A stretch of 64,000 nt of DNA from Candidatus Cloacimonadales bacterium (lineage in GTDB: Bacteria; Cloacimonadota; Cloacimonadia; Cloacimonadales; JAFGVF01): NCBI GenBank assembly GCA_963667035.1, contig OY762964.1:864001-928000 (forward strand). Direction: 5' to 3'. Below, one piece after another: positions 49,233 to 59,389 of the stretch. Below the pieces are notes generated by a model, which was not told the DNA's origin, did no database searches, and worked only from the letters and a program-made list of their open reading frames with translations. How positions within the stretch are numbered: the stretch's first letter is position 1; every line of letters starts with the position of its first letter. The translations under genes and the position numbers were made by a program.

Positions 49233-50304
49233 TGTTCCACCTTCCAGAATTATCGAAGTTGGTAATCTTGTAAAGAAGCTAACTCAAGAAACCGGTAAGG
49301 AATACTTAGCTCTAAATAGGGGAGTGAATGCTGTTGTACCAATAGATCTTGATAAACTTGTGAAAGAGATGAATCTTAATGATGGACTTTTACAGAATTA
49401 TCCTGTATCTCATGGAGCAGAATTCTTCAAGAAAGCTGTCATAGAAGAGTATTTTGATTCAAGAACAACAAGTGATATGATTACTGTTACATCAGGTGCT
49501 ATAAGTGCTTTGGATTTAATTTTTAGGGTAAACAGCCCGACAACTATATATCTCCCTGAATTGTTTTGGGGACCTTATAAGTATCTAGCCGAGTTAAACG
49601 GTCATGCGATTGAACACTATAAATGTTTAGATAGAGAGTTTCCTGATGATTCATTGTTAATAATCTGTGACCCAAATAATCCAACCGGTTCAAAATACGA
49701 TGATGAGTATCTCTTTGATAGTTTAATGCGGATAACTTCAAAGGGGACACTTGTTGTTTTCGATAGTCCTTACAGAAGAATGAGAAGAGATAGAACAGAC
49801 CTTTTCTTCCAGAGAATATCTGATTTTAAGAATCTGGTTATTGTTGAGTCATTCAGTAAATCTCTAGGTATTCCCGGATTGCGGATTGCCTTTGTAAGAA
49901 CCTTGGATAGAGAGTTAACAAAAGCGATAAGAACTCGTCTGACTTACGGGTTTAGCGGTGTCAATATGTTTGCTCAAATGGTGGTTGCAAATCTTCTGAC
50001 TACAACTAATGGCAGAGAAATTGTTAAAGAGTTTAAAGATAATACAAACACCGAGATTATCAAAAACATTGATTGGCTAGAAAAACACGATATGTTGGAA
50101 AACTCTTTGTATAGTCAAGCTCCTGACGGTATTTTTGCCGTAATCAATAAATCTGAGGAGTATTTGTTAAGCAATAGAATCGGTTCTGTCACGCTTGATT
50201 TCTTCACTGCTATTTCGGAGCTAAAGGAAAGATATTCAAATTCATCCCGCATCTGTATATCTGTTCCCCATAAAAAGTTTGTCGAATTTTTCTCTAAATT
50301 ATAG
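49213..50304 (+). CDS. PLP-dependent aminotransferase class I/II
   Basis: PNNPTG, DSPY and SFSKSLGIPGLR motifs. Confidence 0.88.
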   Translation: MLKETVNVPPSRIIEVGNLVKKLTQETGKEYLALNRGVNAVVPIDLDKLVKEMNLNDGLLQNYPVSHGAEFFKKAVIEEYFDSRTTSDMITVTSGAISALDLIFRVNSPTTIYLPELFWGPYKYLAELNGHAIEHYKCLDREFPDDSLLIICDPNNPTGSKYDDEYLFDSLMRITSKGTLVVFDSPYRRMRRDRTDLFFQRISDFKNLVIVESFSKSLGIPGLRIAFVRTLDRELTKAIRTRLTYGFSGVNMFAQMVVANLLTTTNGREIVKEFKDNTNTEIIKNIDWLEKHDMLENSLYSQAPDGIFAVINKSEEYLLSNRIGSVTLDFFTAISELKERYSNSSRICISVPHKKFVEFFSKL

Positions 50305-50746
50305 TAAAATCCTTCTGCTATTATATAGTACACTCAATAACAAAAGTTATTATTCTAAGTGTTTTTATAAAACATTATTTACCCTTCGGTTGGATAGTTT
50401 AATAACATTAGATTTTCTAATCGGCAATTATCTAAGCTTTGATGGTGCTAACTACTTGATAAGAATAACAAGCGAGATGCTTGAGAAAATGTACGATTTT
50501 AGATTACAAATAATTCAACAAAATTGAAACCAACTATTAATCCTCACTCAAATTTATATCCCAATTCCAAGCAATAGTAATTCTAAATTGAGATGTAATA
50601 CTAAAAACAACTCTATTTATTTATCACAACATTGTTTGCACGTTCTTAATAATCTCAATGAATTCATAAGCTTTTATTGACAAGCAAATTGGCTTTCCAA
50701 AAATGGTCTTCAAATTGTTAAAAAATACCTAATACGGGGGAATAAT

Positions 50747-52801
50747 ATGAAACAATACAGTTTAGACAAGATAAGAAATATCGGTTTCTTCGGTGGAAGT
50801 GGAGCCGGTAAAACCACTTTAGCAGAACATCTTTTCAACTATGCTAAAATGACATCAAAAATAGGTAAAATAGAAGACGGCAATACAGTGTTAGACTTTG
50901 ATCCTGAAGAGATTGAAAGAAAGATGTCTTTAATGACCAGTCTCGGTTTTGTTGACTGGAAAGACTGGAGAATCAACATTGTGGATACCCCCGGAAATCC
51001 AGATATGATTGGTGACCAAACAACTGCTACTGCTGCAGTTGAAACAGCTGTTGTTGTTGCAAATGCAACCGGTGGATTTGAAGTTGGTCTTGAACAAGCT
51101 CTTGAATTGTTGGAATCAAAGAAGATAGGTAAAGCCCTTCTTGTTAATAGAATGGACAGTGAAAATGCTGATTTCAATAAAGTTATTGAACTTATATATG
51201 AAAACATGGAAATCAAAGCTGTTCCTGTAATGATACCAATCGGTGCAGAAGGAAGTTTCCGAGGTGTTGTTGACTTAGTTAAACAGAAAGCATATATTGA
51301 TAATGAGCTTACTGATATTCCTGCAGACCTTGCTGATGTTGTTGAAGAGAAAAGAATGGAATTGATGGAAAGTATTGCTGAAACTGATGAAGCATTACTT
51401 GATATATTCCTTGAAGAGATGGAACTTTCAGAAGAAAACATGGTTAACGGTATAAAGAAAGCTGTTGTCGAAGGTAACTTAATGCCAGCTTTCGCTTGTT
51501 CAGCAACAACCAGTCAAGGTATAAAAGCATTTATCGAAGGTTGTATTAACTACCTTCCTTCTCCTGCTGATGCAAAAGAAATTACCATTATAGAGAAGGG
51601 TGAAGAGAAACAAATGATAGTTTCTCCTGACGGCGATTTATTAGGTTATATTTTCAAAAGTATTGCTGATCCGGTAATGGGTGATATCGCTTATGTAAGA
51701 GTTTTCTCGGGTACATTGTCAAACGCTCTTGATGTTCTTGTCCCTGAAAAAGACGGAAAAGATAAAGTTGGAAATATGTTCTATATCATGGGTAAGAACA
51801 GAAAGGATACGACAGAACTTAAAGCCGGTGAAATTGGCGGTCTTGTTAAGCTTAAAACAGCTAAGAATCTTTGCTCAATGGTTAATCTTAACTCAAAGAT
51901 TCAATATCCTGCAGTAGAGCTTCCTTCTCCTGTTTATTGGCAAGCAATCAGGGCTGCAAATCAATCTGATGAAGATAAAATTGGTGAAGCTTTAAACAAG
52001 CTCAGTAATGAAGATCCAACTATCAGAACAGAGATTAATGCCGAAACTCATGAGAATGTAGTTTCAGGTATGGGCTCACAGCAGATTGCATTGTTACAGA
52101 AGAAACTTAAAGCTAGATATAAAGTTGAAGCTCTTCTTCAAAACCCAAGAGTTGCTTACAAAGAAACTCTTACCGGTAGTTCTGATGTTAAGTATAGACA
52201 TAAAAAGCAATCAGGTGGTAAAGGACAGTTTGGTGAAGTTTATTTTAGAGTTAAACCAAGACAACGCGGTGAAGGCTTTGAATTTATCAATGCTATCGTT
52301 GGTGGTGTAATTCCATCAAACTACATTCCTGCAGTTGAGAAAGGTTTGCATGAGTCATTGAAGAAAGGTATTGTTGCAGGTTATGAAATTGTTGATATCT
52401 CTGTTGAGCTTTACTTTGGTTCTTATCATGATGTGGATTCATCTGAAATGGCTTTCAAAATTGCTTCTTCTCAGTGTCTTAAACTTGCCTTCGATGAAGC
52501 AAAACCAGTTCTTCTTGAACCCATTATGATAGCTAATATCATCATCCCTAATGAATACATGGGTGATGTAATGGGTGATATCTCTACTAGAAGAGGTAAG
52601 ATTATGGGAATGGAACAAATCGGCCGTAAACAAATTCTCAAAGCTCAGCTTCCTCAAAGTGAGTTGTTTGCTTACTTCCCATCATTAAAATCACTTACAC
52701 AGGGACGCGGAAGATTCACTAATGAATTCTCACATTATGAAAGAGTTCCTGCAGATAATGCAAAGAAGATTATCGCAGAAGCTAATTCTGATCATGAATA
52801 G
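50747..52801 (+). CDS. fusA: Elongation factor G-like paralogue (EF-G2)
   Basis: GAGKTT, DTPG, KKQSGGKGQFG and YHDVDSSEMAF motifs; not in an rpsL-rpsG-tuf context. Confidence 0.92.
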   Translation: MKQYSLDKIRNIGFFGGSGAGKTTLAEHLFNYAKMTSKIGKIEDGNTVLDFDPEEIERKMSLMTSLGFVDWKDWRINIVDTPGNPDMIGDQTTATAAVETAVVVANATGGFEVGLEQALELLESKKIGKALLVNRMDSENADFNKVIELIYENMEIKAVPVMIPIGAEGSFRGVVDLVKQKAYIDNELTDIPADLADVVEEKRMELMESIAETDEALLDIFLEEMELSEENMVNGIKKAVVEGNLMPAFACSATTSQGIKAFIEGCINYLPSPADAKEITIIEKGEEKQMIVSPDGDLLGYIFKSIADPVMGDIAYVRVFSGTLSNALDVLVPEKDGKDKVGNMFYIMGKNRKDTTELKAGEIGGLVKLKTAKNLCSMVNLNSKIQYPAVELPSPVYWQAIRAANQSDEDKIGEALNKLSNEDPTIRTEINAETHENVVSGMGSQQIALLQKKLKARYKVEALLQNPRVAYKETLTGSSDVKYRHKKQSGGKGQFGEVYFRVKPRQRGEGFEFINAIVGGVIPSNYIPAVEKGLHESLKKGIVAGYEIVDISVELYFGSYHDVDSSEMAFKIASSQCLKLAFDEAKPVLLEPIMIANIIIPNEYMGDVMGDISTRRGKIMGMEQIGRKQILKAQLPQSELFAYFPSLKSLTQGRGRFTNEFSHYERVPADNAKKIIAEANSDHE

Positions 52802-52842
52802 TAAAAAATAGCTTTACAAGTTATGATATTATAAAGATAATT

Positions 52843-52870
52843 CCGGGAGGTAGAAATGCCTCCCGATTTT
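52843..52870 (+). terminator. Probable terminator after EF-G2
   Basis: CGGGAGG/CCTCCCG plus ATTTT. Confidence 0.6.
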
Positions 52871-52899
52871 AGTAAAAATTTACAAATGAGGTAATACAA

Positions 52900-53646
52900 A
52901 TGTCAGGACATAATAAGTGGAGTTCAATTAAGCATAAGAAAGGTGCGGCAGATGCAAAAAGAGGCAAACTGTTCACACGTATAGTAAAAGAAATCATTGT
53001 AGCTGCAAAACAAGGTGGGGGTGATTTAGAATCTAATCCTGCTCTTAGAACTGCAGTAGGATTAGCAAAGCAAAACAACATGCCTAAGGATAACATAGAG
53101 AGAGCTATAAAACGCGGTACCGGCGAACTTGAAGGTGTTAGCTATGATAATATCACCTACGAAGGATATGGTCAAAATGGTGTTGCTATTATCGTAGATT
53201 GTTTAACCGATAATAAAAATAGAACTGTTGCCGAGATTAGACATACTTTTTCTAAATACGGCGGATCAATGGCTGAGAGTGGGTCCGTTTCTTGGAATTT
53301 CGAAAACAAAGGCTTCTTCACAATTGCTAAAGGTGATCTTGACGAGGACGAAGTGATGATGGAGCTCTTAGAAGCTGGTGCTGCCGATGTAGTTATCGAA
53401 GATGATACTATTCTTGTTTATACTGAACAAAGCGATTTCCATAGATGTCTTTCTGAAGTGGAAGGATTAGGATATAGCTGTGAAAACGCTGAGTTGACTA
53501 AAATACCTAAGTCAACTGTCAATGCTGATGAAGTAGCTGAGAAACTTATGAAATTAATCGATATGCTCGAAGATTGCGATGATGTTCAGAAAGTTTACTC
53601 AAACTACGAGATTTCAGAAGATATATTAGAACAATTAGCTGAATAA
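52900..53646 (+). CDS. yebC: YebC/PmpR family protein
   Basis: MSGHNKWSSIKHKKG, YEGYG and TDNKNRT motifs. Confidence 0.96.
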   Translation: MSGHNKWSSIKHKKGAADAKRGKLFTRIVKEIIVAAKQGGGDLESNPALRTAVGLAKQNNMPKDNIERAIKRGTGELEGVSYDNITYEGYGQNGVAIIVDCLTDNKNRTVAEIRHTFSKYGGSMAESGSVSWNFENKGFFTIAKGDLDEDEVMMELLEAGAADVVIEDDTILVYTEQSDFHRCLSEVEGLGYSCENAELTKIPKSTVNADEVAEKLMKLIDMLEDCDDVQKVYSNYEISEDILEQLAE

Positions 53647-53651
53647 GGTTT

Positions 53652-54131
53652 GTGGTAATACTAGGTATTGATCCGGGGAGTATTAAGTGCGGATATGGTC
53701 TTTTAGACCTTAAGAAGAGAACTATAATAGCTGCAGGAGCGGATGTTATAAGGACTCGTCCTACTGAAGCCTTGAGTGTTCGGATTAATGTGATTTATAA
53801 TCAAATCTCAAAGATTATTGAAGAATATAAGCCGGATGTTGTGGCTGTAGAATCCATATTTCACGGCAAAAATATACAGTCAGCTTTTACATTGGGTCAT
53901 GCCAGAGGTGTAATACTTCTGGCTATTGCTCAACATAATAAACAATTTTTAGAATATTCTCCCAGAGAAGTCAAAAAGGCTGTTACAGGTAATGGTAATG
54001 CATCCAAACAACAAGTTCGTTATATGGTTGAGCAAATGTTGAAACTCAAGAGTATTCCTGAATCTGAAGATGCTTATGATGCATTAGCTGTTGCTCTATG
54101 TCACTATAATAAAGTAAAGTTTGATTTATAA
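53652..54131 (+). CDS. ruvC: Holliday junction resolvase
   Basis: ILGIDPG, VKKAVTGNGNASK and DALAVA motifs. Confidence 0.96.
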   Translation: MVILGIDPGSIKCGYGLLDLKKRTIIAAGADVIRTRPTEALSVRINVIYNQISKIIEEYKPDVVAVESIFHGKNIQSAFTLGHARGVILLAIAQHNKQFLEYSPREVKKAVTGNGNASKQQVRYMVEQMLKLKSIPESEDAYDALAVALCHYNKVKFDL

Positions 54132-54135
54132 GAAT

Positions 54136-54735
54136 ATGTATGAATATTTAAGAGGAATTCTTACTGTAAAGGAACCTGAATATGCTGTCGTTGATGTCAA
54201 TGGGATAGGTTTCTATGTCTCAATACCACTAAGTACTTTTGAAAAACTACCGCAAATCAATAACGAAACATTACTTCATATACACTACCATCAAAGTCAA
54301 GATTCAGTAAGACTTTTCGGATTTTTAGAACCAAGTGAGAGGAAAATGTTCCGTCTTCTTTTATCTACTTCAGGAGTTGGTCCCAAGTTAGCTTTAGCTG
54401 TACTATCAACATTATCGGTAGGAAGAATTGTAAGTTCGATACTGGAAGGTGATTCCAAAACAATTTCAACCGTTCCGGGATTGGGTAAGAAGACTGCTCA
54501 AAAGCTGATAGTGGAATTAAAGGATAAAGTTGACACTATAAGCGGTTTAGAACAATCGTCTGACGATTCGATTCATAGTGAAGTATTTCTTTCTGCGGAA
54601 ACAGCATTAGTCAATTTAGGCTATATAAAATACGAAGTGAGAAAGTCATTGAAATTTCTGACAGAACAAAAGAGTTACAATGATGTAGAGAAATTAATCA
54701 AGGATGCAATAAAACAGCTTTATAGAAAAGGTTGA
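54136..54735 (+). CDS. ruvA: Holliday junction branch migration protein
   Basis: SGVGPKLA and VPGLGKKTAQK HhH motifs. Confidence 0.96.
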   Translation: MYEYLRGILTVKEPEYAVVDVNGIGFYVSIPLSTFEKLPQINNETLLHIHYHQSQDSVRLFGFLEPSERKMFRLLLSTSGVGPKLALAVLSTLSVGRIVSSILEGDSKTISTVPGLGKKTAQKLIVELKDKVDTISGLEQSSDDSIHSEVFLSAETALVNLGYIKYEVRKSLKFLTEQKSYNDVEKLIKDAIKQLYRKG

Positions 54736-54736
54736 A

Positions 54737-56059
54737 ATGATAAACGAAAGACTTGAAGCATATAAAGTGATAAAAAAAGTTTTAAAAAGTAATGAGTTTT
54801 CAGACTCATTGCTTCATGCAAGTGCAAAGAAAATCCGTAAAGATAACGGTGATTCCAATCTCTTTTACACTCTCGTAAAGGGTGTAATCAAAATGAGAAA
54901 TAATCTGGAGTATATTGCCGGAACGTTAACTAATCAAGATAAGTATTCAAAGACAGATATACAGATTAAAGTCTGGTTGTATATAGGACTTTATCAGTTG
55001 ATATATATGGATGCAGTTCCTGAGTACGCTGCGGTTAATGAAACAGTGGAGCTTGCTAAAACAAATTTGAACCCAAAGACTGCGGATTTTATTAATGCAG
55101 TACTTAGAAACTACCTGAGAACACCGGGTATAAAGTTTCCCACTGATCCGGTACGAAGAATCTCAGTTGAGCATTCTTATCCGGAGGATATAATTAAGAG
55201 ATGGATTGATTTGTGGGGAGAAGAAGAAGCTGAATATCTTGCAATATATTTTAATGATATACCTAAATTGCATGTTAGAGTAAACGAGGTAGCTACAACA
55301 ACTCCTAAACTAATAAACTATTTTAAAACAAAACACCAGTTGAATTTTGCTATTAGTAACTTTATCCCCCAGATGTTAGTTACAGAATCTGCATCAGAAG
55401 TCTTACAGGATGTAGCTTTTGAAGAAGGTTATTATTCAATTCAAGACACTGCCGCCGCAGGTGTTGTACAACTTTTAGACCCTAAAGAAAATGAAAATAT
55501 TCTAGATATGTTTGCTGCTCCCGGAGGTAAAGCAACATTCATTGCAGAAAGAATGAATAACACCGGAGAAGTTATTGCAATCGACAAAAGCCCTTCCAAA
55601 GTAAAGAAAATTAAGCAAGCTGCTGAGAGATTACAGTTAACTAACATCAAGACAATTATATCAGATGCTCTTAGCTACGGTCCTTTAGCTCCTGCTTATG
55701 ACAGGGTTTTATTGGATGTTCCTTGTACTGGCTGGGGAGTGTTCGGAAGAAAGGCAGAATTAAGATGGCAAGAGCATCAGGATATCAAGAATATTTTAAA
55801 AATACAGGCTAAGGCACTAGATTATGGTTCTCAATTCGTAAAGAAGGGTGGTTTTCTTGTATATTCTACCTGTACAATGAATCCGGATGAGAATCAGAAC
55901 CAGATAATGAAATTCCTTGCTTCTCACAAAAACTTTGCATTGGTCTCAGCGACAGAGAGTATACCTTTAGCGTACACTGACAAAGAGTTTTATTTGACAA
56001 AACCACATGTCCATAATATAGATGGTGCATTCGCTGCAAAAATGCAAAAGATGAATTAG
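54737..56059 (+). CDS. rsmB: 16S rRNA m5C967 methyltransferase
   Basis: NusB-like N-terminus; AAPGGK, DVPCTG and YSTCT motifs. Confidence 0.93.
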   Translation: MINERLEAYKVIKKVLKSNEFSDSLLHASAKKIRKDNGDSNLFYTLVKGVIKMRNNLEYIAGTLTNQDKYSKTDIQIKVWLYIGLYQLIYMDAVPEYAAVNETVELAKTNLNPKTADFINAVLRNYLRTPGIKFPTDPVRRISVEHSYPEDIIKRWIDLWGEEEAEYLAIYFNDIPKLHVRVNEVATTTPKLINYFKTKHQLNFAISNFIPQMLVTESASEVLQDVAFEEGYYSIQDTAAAGVVQLLDPKENENILDMFAAPGGKATFIAERMNNTGEVIAIDKSPSKVKKIKQAAERLQLTNIKTIISDALSYGPLAPAYDRVLLDVPCTGWGVFGRKAELRWQEHQDIKNILKIQAKALDYGSQFVKKGGFLVYSTCTMNPDENQNQIMKFLASHKNFALVSATESIPLAYTDKEFYLTKPHVHNIDGAFAAKMQKMN

Positions 56060-56069
56060 CGGAGTATAA

Positions 56070-56705
56070 ATGAACGTTACAAAGATAAAGGCATTTTTTC
56101 TATCGACAGGCTTAATGATAGGTATTCTACTTGTTACTTCAGTTTTAGTGGCAAAAGTTATACTACCTTTAGCAGTAGGAAAAGGTAGGGAAGTACTTGT
56201 ACCCTCTTTAGTTGGATATGATGTCCAGAAAGCACAGAAAATATGCTCTAAAAGCAGAATACATCTTGATGTTGTTTCTTATGAATATAGTAACGATTTT
56301 GACAGGGGTGATATCATTAGACAGAGACCTACTTCGGATAATAAGATTAAGCAGGATGGGTCTGTTAAAGTATTTGTAAGTAAAGGTCCAAGATTGATTG
56401 AAGTTCCATATCTGACTAATAAATCAATACCGGTTGCAGTAGATATGTTGCTCGATGTTAATCTGAGTTATGCAATTGCTGATTCTGCTTATTCAGAACA
56501 GATACCACAAGGTTATATTATTAATACAGTTCCTCCTTCTGGAACTAGAGTTAAATTGAAATCAGATGTTAAATTGAATATAAGTAGAGGTCGTAAAATA
56601 GTGATAGACTCTCTATTATACAAGGATAAAACAGATATATCGATTGAGCAGATGGATTCATTAATTGATTCATTAAGGCAGTCAGATAAACAAAGAAAAT
56701 TTTAG
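56070..56705 (+). CDS. Membrane-anchored PASTA-domain protein
   Basis: TM helix plus two VPxL...VSKG/ISRG repeats. Confidence 0.88.
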   Translation: MNVTKIKAFFLSTGLMIGILLVTSVLVAKVILPLAVGKGREVLVPSLVGYDVQKAQKICSKSRIHLDVVSYEYSNDFDRGDIIRQRPTSDNKIKQDGSVKVFVSKGPRLIEVPYLTNKSIPVAVDMLLDVNLSYAIADSAYSEQIPQGYIINTVPPSGTRVKLKSDVKLNISRGRKIVIDSLLYKDKTDISIEQMDSLIDSLRQSDKQRKF

Positions 56706-56714
56706 GGCGTTATT

Positions 56715-57635
56715 ATGAGAAAGATTCTCTTTATAGGTTTGTTAGCTTTAGGTACGGTTTCTCTCTTTGCAAGTAAAATTGACACATCCCTCAATAAACT
56801 TCACTATAACGGATTAAAGAGACTGGTCAGAAGAGTTTATATTATAACTCAAGATTTTGGACAAGACACTGAATATCTTGATACCAGAGACTACTGTTAC
56901 TTTAATGATAAGGGTGAAATTGAGCACATTGACTCTTATCTTGCAAATACTGCTGTAGATTCTAAAACAATATATAAGAGAACTTTCGATCCTAAGAGAA
57001 TAGAACGACTCAAATACAATAAATTCAATGATCTTGAAGGTCGTGAAGTGGAAATATGGAACGACAGGACAGGTGAATATTCTTACACTAAATATGGTGG
57101 ATATACTAATATTGTGGAGAGAGTTACTGCATTAACCGATACAGTTAAAAAGGTCGTCACCGAGTATTTTTACGATGAAGTGGGTGAGTATCCTTTATAC
57201 ACAACAAGATCAGAACTAAATGACTTCGGAAGAGAAACCAAGAAAGTAGAACTTAACAAATATAATGAACCTGTTTTGTACTACGAGAAGAGCTATAACG
57301 AATTAGGATTGATTTCCGAAGAGCGTAAGTTAACTTATAAAGATAGTTTGGTAGAATACACTAATTATACTTACAACAATCGTGGCAAGATTTCAAGAGT
57401 TGCTTCATTCAACGGTTTAAACAAAATGATTGCTTTGCATGAGAATCTATACGATGTTGAGAATAGACTTGTAGAAGAACTATTTTATGAGATAAACCCA
57501 CGTCATGGTGTGATTCCTATATTAAAGAAAGTTCATAGATATGATTATGAAGAGACTAGAAAGTATAAGAGTAAAATGAGCAAGATAAGAAAGAAGCGTC
57601 AGAAGGAATATGAAAAGAGTCGCAGAAAGAAATAA
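56715..57635 (+). CDS. Secreted hypothetical protein with YD/RHS-like beta-hairpin repeats and basic tail
   Basis: Signal peptide; repeated Y-N/D-x-x-G motifs. Confidence 0.65.
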   Translation: MRKILFIGLLALGTVSLFASKIDTSLNKLHYNGLKRLVRRVYIITQDFGQDTEYLDTRDYCYFNDKGEIEHIDSYLANTAVDSKTIYKRTFDPKRIERLKYNKFNDLEGREVEIWNDRTGEYSYTKYGGYTNIVERVTALTDTVKKVVTEYFYDEVGEYPLYTTRSELNDFGRETKKVELNKYNEPVLYYEKSYNELGLISEERKLTYKDSLVEYTNYTYNNRGKISRVASFNGLNKMIALHENLYDVENRLVEELFYEINPRHGVIPILKKVHRYDYEETRKYKSKMSKIRKKRQKEYEKSRRKK

Positions 57636-57650
57636 TTAATAGATATTTTA

Positions 57651-57683
57651 AAATGGGTACAGATAAGTTATCTGTACCCATTT
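57651..57683. repeat. 33-bp palindromic target duplication, left
   Basis: AAATGGGTACAGATAAGTTATCTGTACCCATTT, identical to 59346-59378. Confidence 0.95.
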
Positions 57684-59345
57684 CAGACTGTTGACAAAGC
57701 TATGAGTAAGATTTCATAGCTTTGTCTTTTTTTAGCTTAAAATAAGAACATCAATCATTGACAAAAACCCCCTTAGTTTATACTTAAACCATCATAATTA
57801 GAGGTGGTTATGCTTAAAAAAGTTTCTGACACACAGTCCCAAATGGAATTTGTAATAATAGATGATCTTGTCCCGGAAGATCATATTCTACGCAAGATTG
57901 ACAGGGTAATAGATTTTAGTTTTATTATGGACCGAACTGCTCATTTGTATTGCCCCGACAACGGTCGTCCCCCAGTGCATCCCATAACTTTCTTCAAAAT
58001 GCTTTTTATTGGTTATCTATTTGGTATCCGTTCTGAGCGACAACTAATCAGAGAGATTCAGGTCAATGTAGCATATCGCTGGTTCTTAGGGTATGGGCTT
58101 ACTGATAAAATACCGAGTCATTCTCTCTTCAGCCAGAATCGTCGCAGACGCTTTACTGATAGCACTGTTTTTGAAGAGATTTTCATTGATATTGTAAAAC
58201 TTGGTATCGAGAATGGTTTGGTAGATGGCAAGGTTCTTTATAGCGATTCAACTCATCTGAAAGCTAATGCTAATAAAGGCAAATATGAATCAATTAAAGT
58301 AGAGACCACACCTCAGAGTTATCTTGAAGATCTAAATAAAACAGTGGATGAAAACCGAAAAGCTCACGGTAAGAAGCCACTCCCACCTAAAGACAATGAC
58401 TTTAAAGGCGGTTCGTCACCCAAAGTTAAAGAGATTAAGTCTAGTAAAACAGATCCTGACAGTGGTTTCATGACGCGAGACAAGAAACCACAAGGTTTCT
58501 TCTATCTTGATCATAGAACCGTAGATCCTAAAGTAAACTTCATAACAGATGTTCATATTACCGCCGGCAATGTGAATGACAGTTCTTGCTATATTGATAG
58601 GCTAAAAGTGCAGCAAGAGCGTTTTGGTTTTGATGTCCTGGCAGTAGGTCTTGATGCCGGGTATGATACAGCTAATATATGCAAAGAATTAGTAGATATG
58701 GGAATCATGGGAGTAATAGGTTATCGTCGACTTGGAGGTAAAAAAGGTCTTTTCAAGAAGCGTGATTTTAAGTTCATTTCAGATAGAGACATATACATCT
58801 GTCCAGAAGGGAAAGAGCTTAAATATCGAACAACAAACCGTAACGGTTATGATGAATATGCATCCGAGAGTAGCTATTGTAAAAACTGTCCAATGCTTAA
58901 CAAATGCACCGAGAGCAAGAACCATCAAAAAGTTATCATGCGTCATGTATGGGAAGACAGTAGAGAGATTATCCATAAAAACAGGTTAACCTTTTGTGGC
59001 AAAGAGATATACAAAAAACGAAAAGAAACCATTGAGAGAAGCTTTGCAAATGCAAAGCAACTTCATGGTTATCGGTATGCGAAATATCGAGGTATAGAAC
59101 GAGTTCGAGAACAAGCATATATGACATCAGTAGTTCAAAACATAAAGAAACTGGTTAAATACCTTTTCAATGGCATATCAGGGAAAGTGGCATCAATGTT
59201 ATTAGCTTTTTATGTTAATATATGCTCTGGTTTAGACGAATATAGAGCTAAATCTCATTATCCTGATATTGTACTCAACTAATCAGAAATAAACTTACAA
59301 TGTAAAAACCCAGTCATTTTCATAACTGGGTTTGTAAACGGTCTG
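57684..59345 (+). mobile_element. IS1182-family insertion sequence
   Basis: IRL CAGACTGTTGACAAA and IRR TTTGTAAACGGTCTG (13/15 match); subterminal hairpins; transposase ORF. Confidence 0.93.
57804..59282 (+). CDS. IS1182-family DDE transposase
   Basis: GRPP, GIRSERQL, YRWFLG, DSTHLKANA, TDPDS, DAGY and IERSFA motifs. Confidence 0.95.
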   Translation: MVMLKKVSDTQSQMEFVIIDDLVPEDHILRKIDRVIDFSFIMDRTAHLYCPDNGRPPVHPITFFKMLFIGYLFGIRSERQLIREIQVNVAYRWFLGYGLTDKIPSHSLFSQNRRRRFTDSTVFEEIFIDIVKLGIENGLVDGKVLYSDSTHLKANANKGKYESIKVETTPQSYLEDLNKTVDENRKAHGKKPLPPKDNDFKGGSSPKVKEIKSSKTDPDSGFMTRDKKPQGFFYLDHRTVDPKVNFITDVHITAGNVNDSSCYIDRLKVQQERFGFDVLAVGLDAGYDTANICKELVDMGIMGVIGYRRLGGKKGLFKKRDFKFISDRDIYICPEGKELKYRTTNRNGYDEYASESSYCKNCPMLNKCTESKNHQKVIMRHVWEDSREIIHKNRLTFCGKEIYKKRKETIERSFANAKQLHGYRYAKYRGIERVREQAYMTSVVQNIKKLVKYLFNGISGKVASMLLAFYVNICSGLDEYRAKSHYPDIVLN

Positions 59346-59378
59346 AAATGGGTACAGATAAGTTATCTGTACCCATTT
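59346..59378. repeat. 33-bp palindromic target duplication, right
   Basis: Identical to 57651-57683; followed by T residues. Confidence 0.95.
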
Positions 59379-59389
59379 TTATTTACTTA

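Noticed and set aside
50305..50746. oriC in the long AT-rich intergenic region
   Set aside because: There is no cluster of TTATCCACA boxes and no dnaA-type context; the 82-aa ORF at 50279 is also unsupported.
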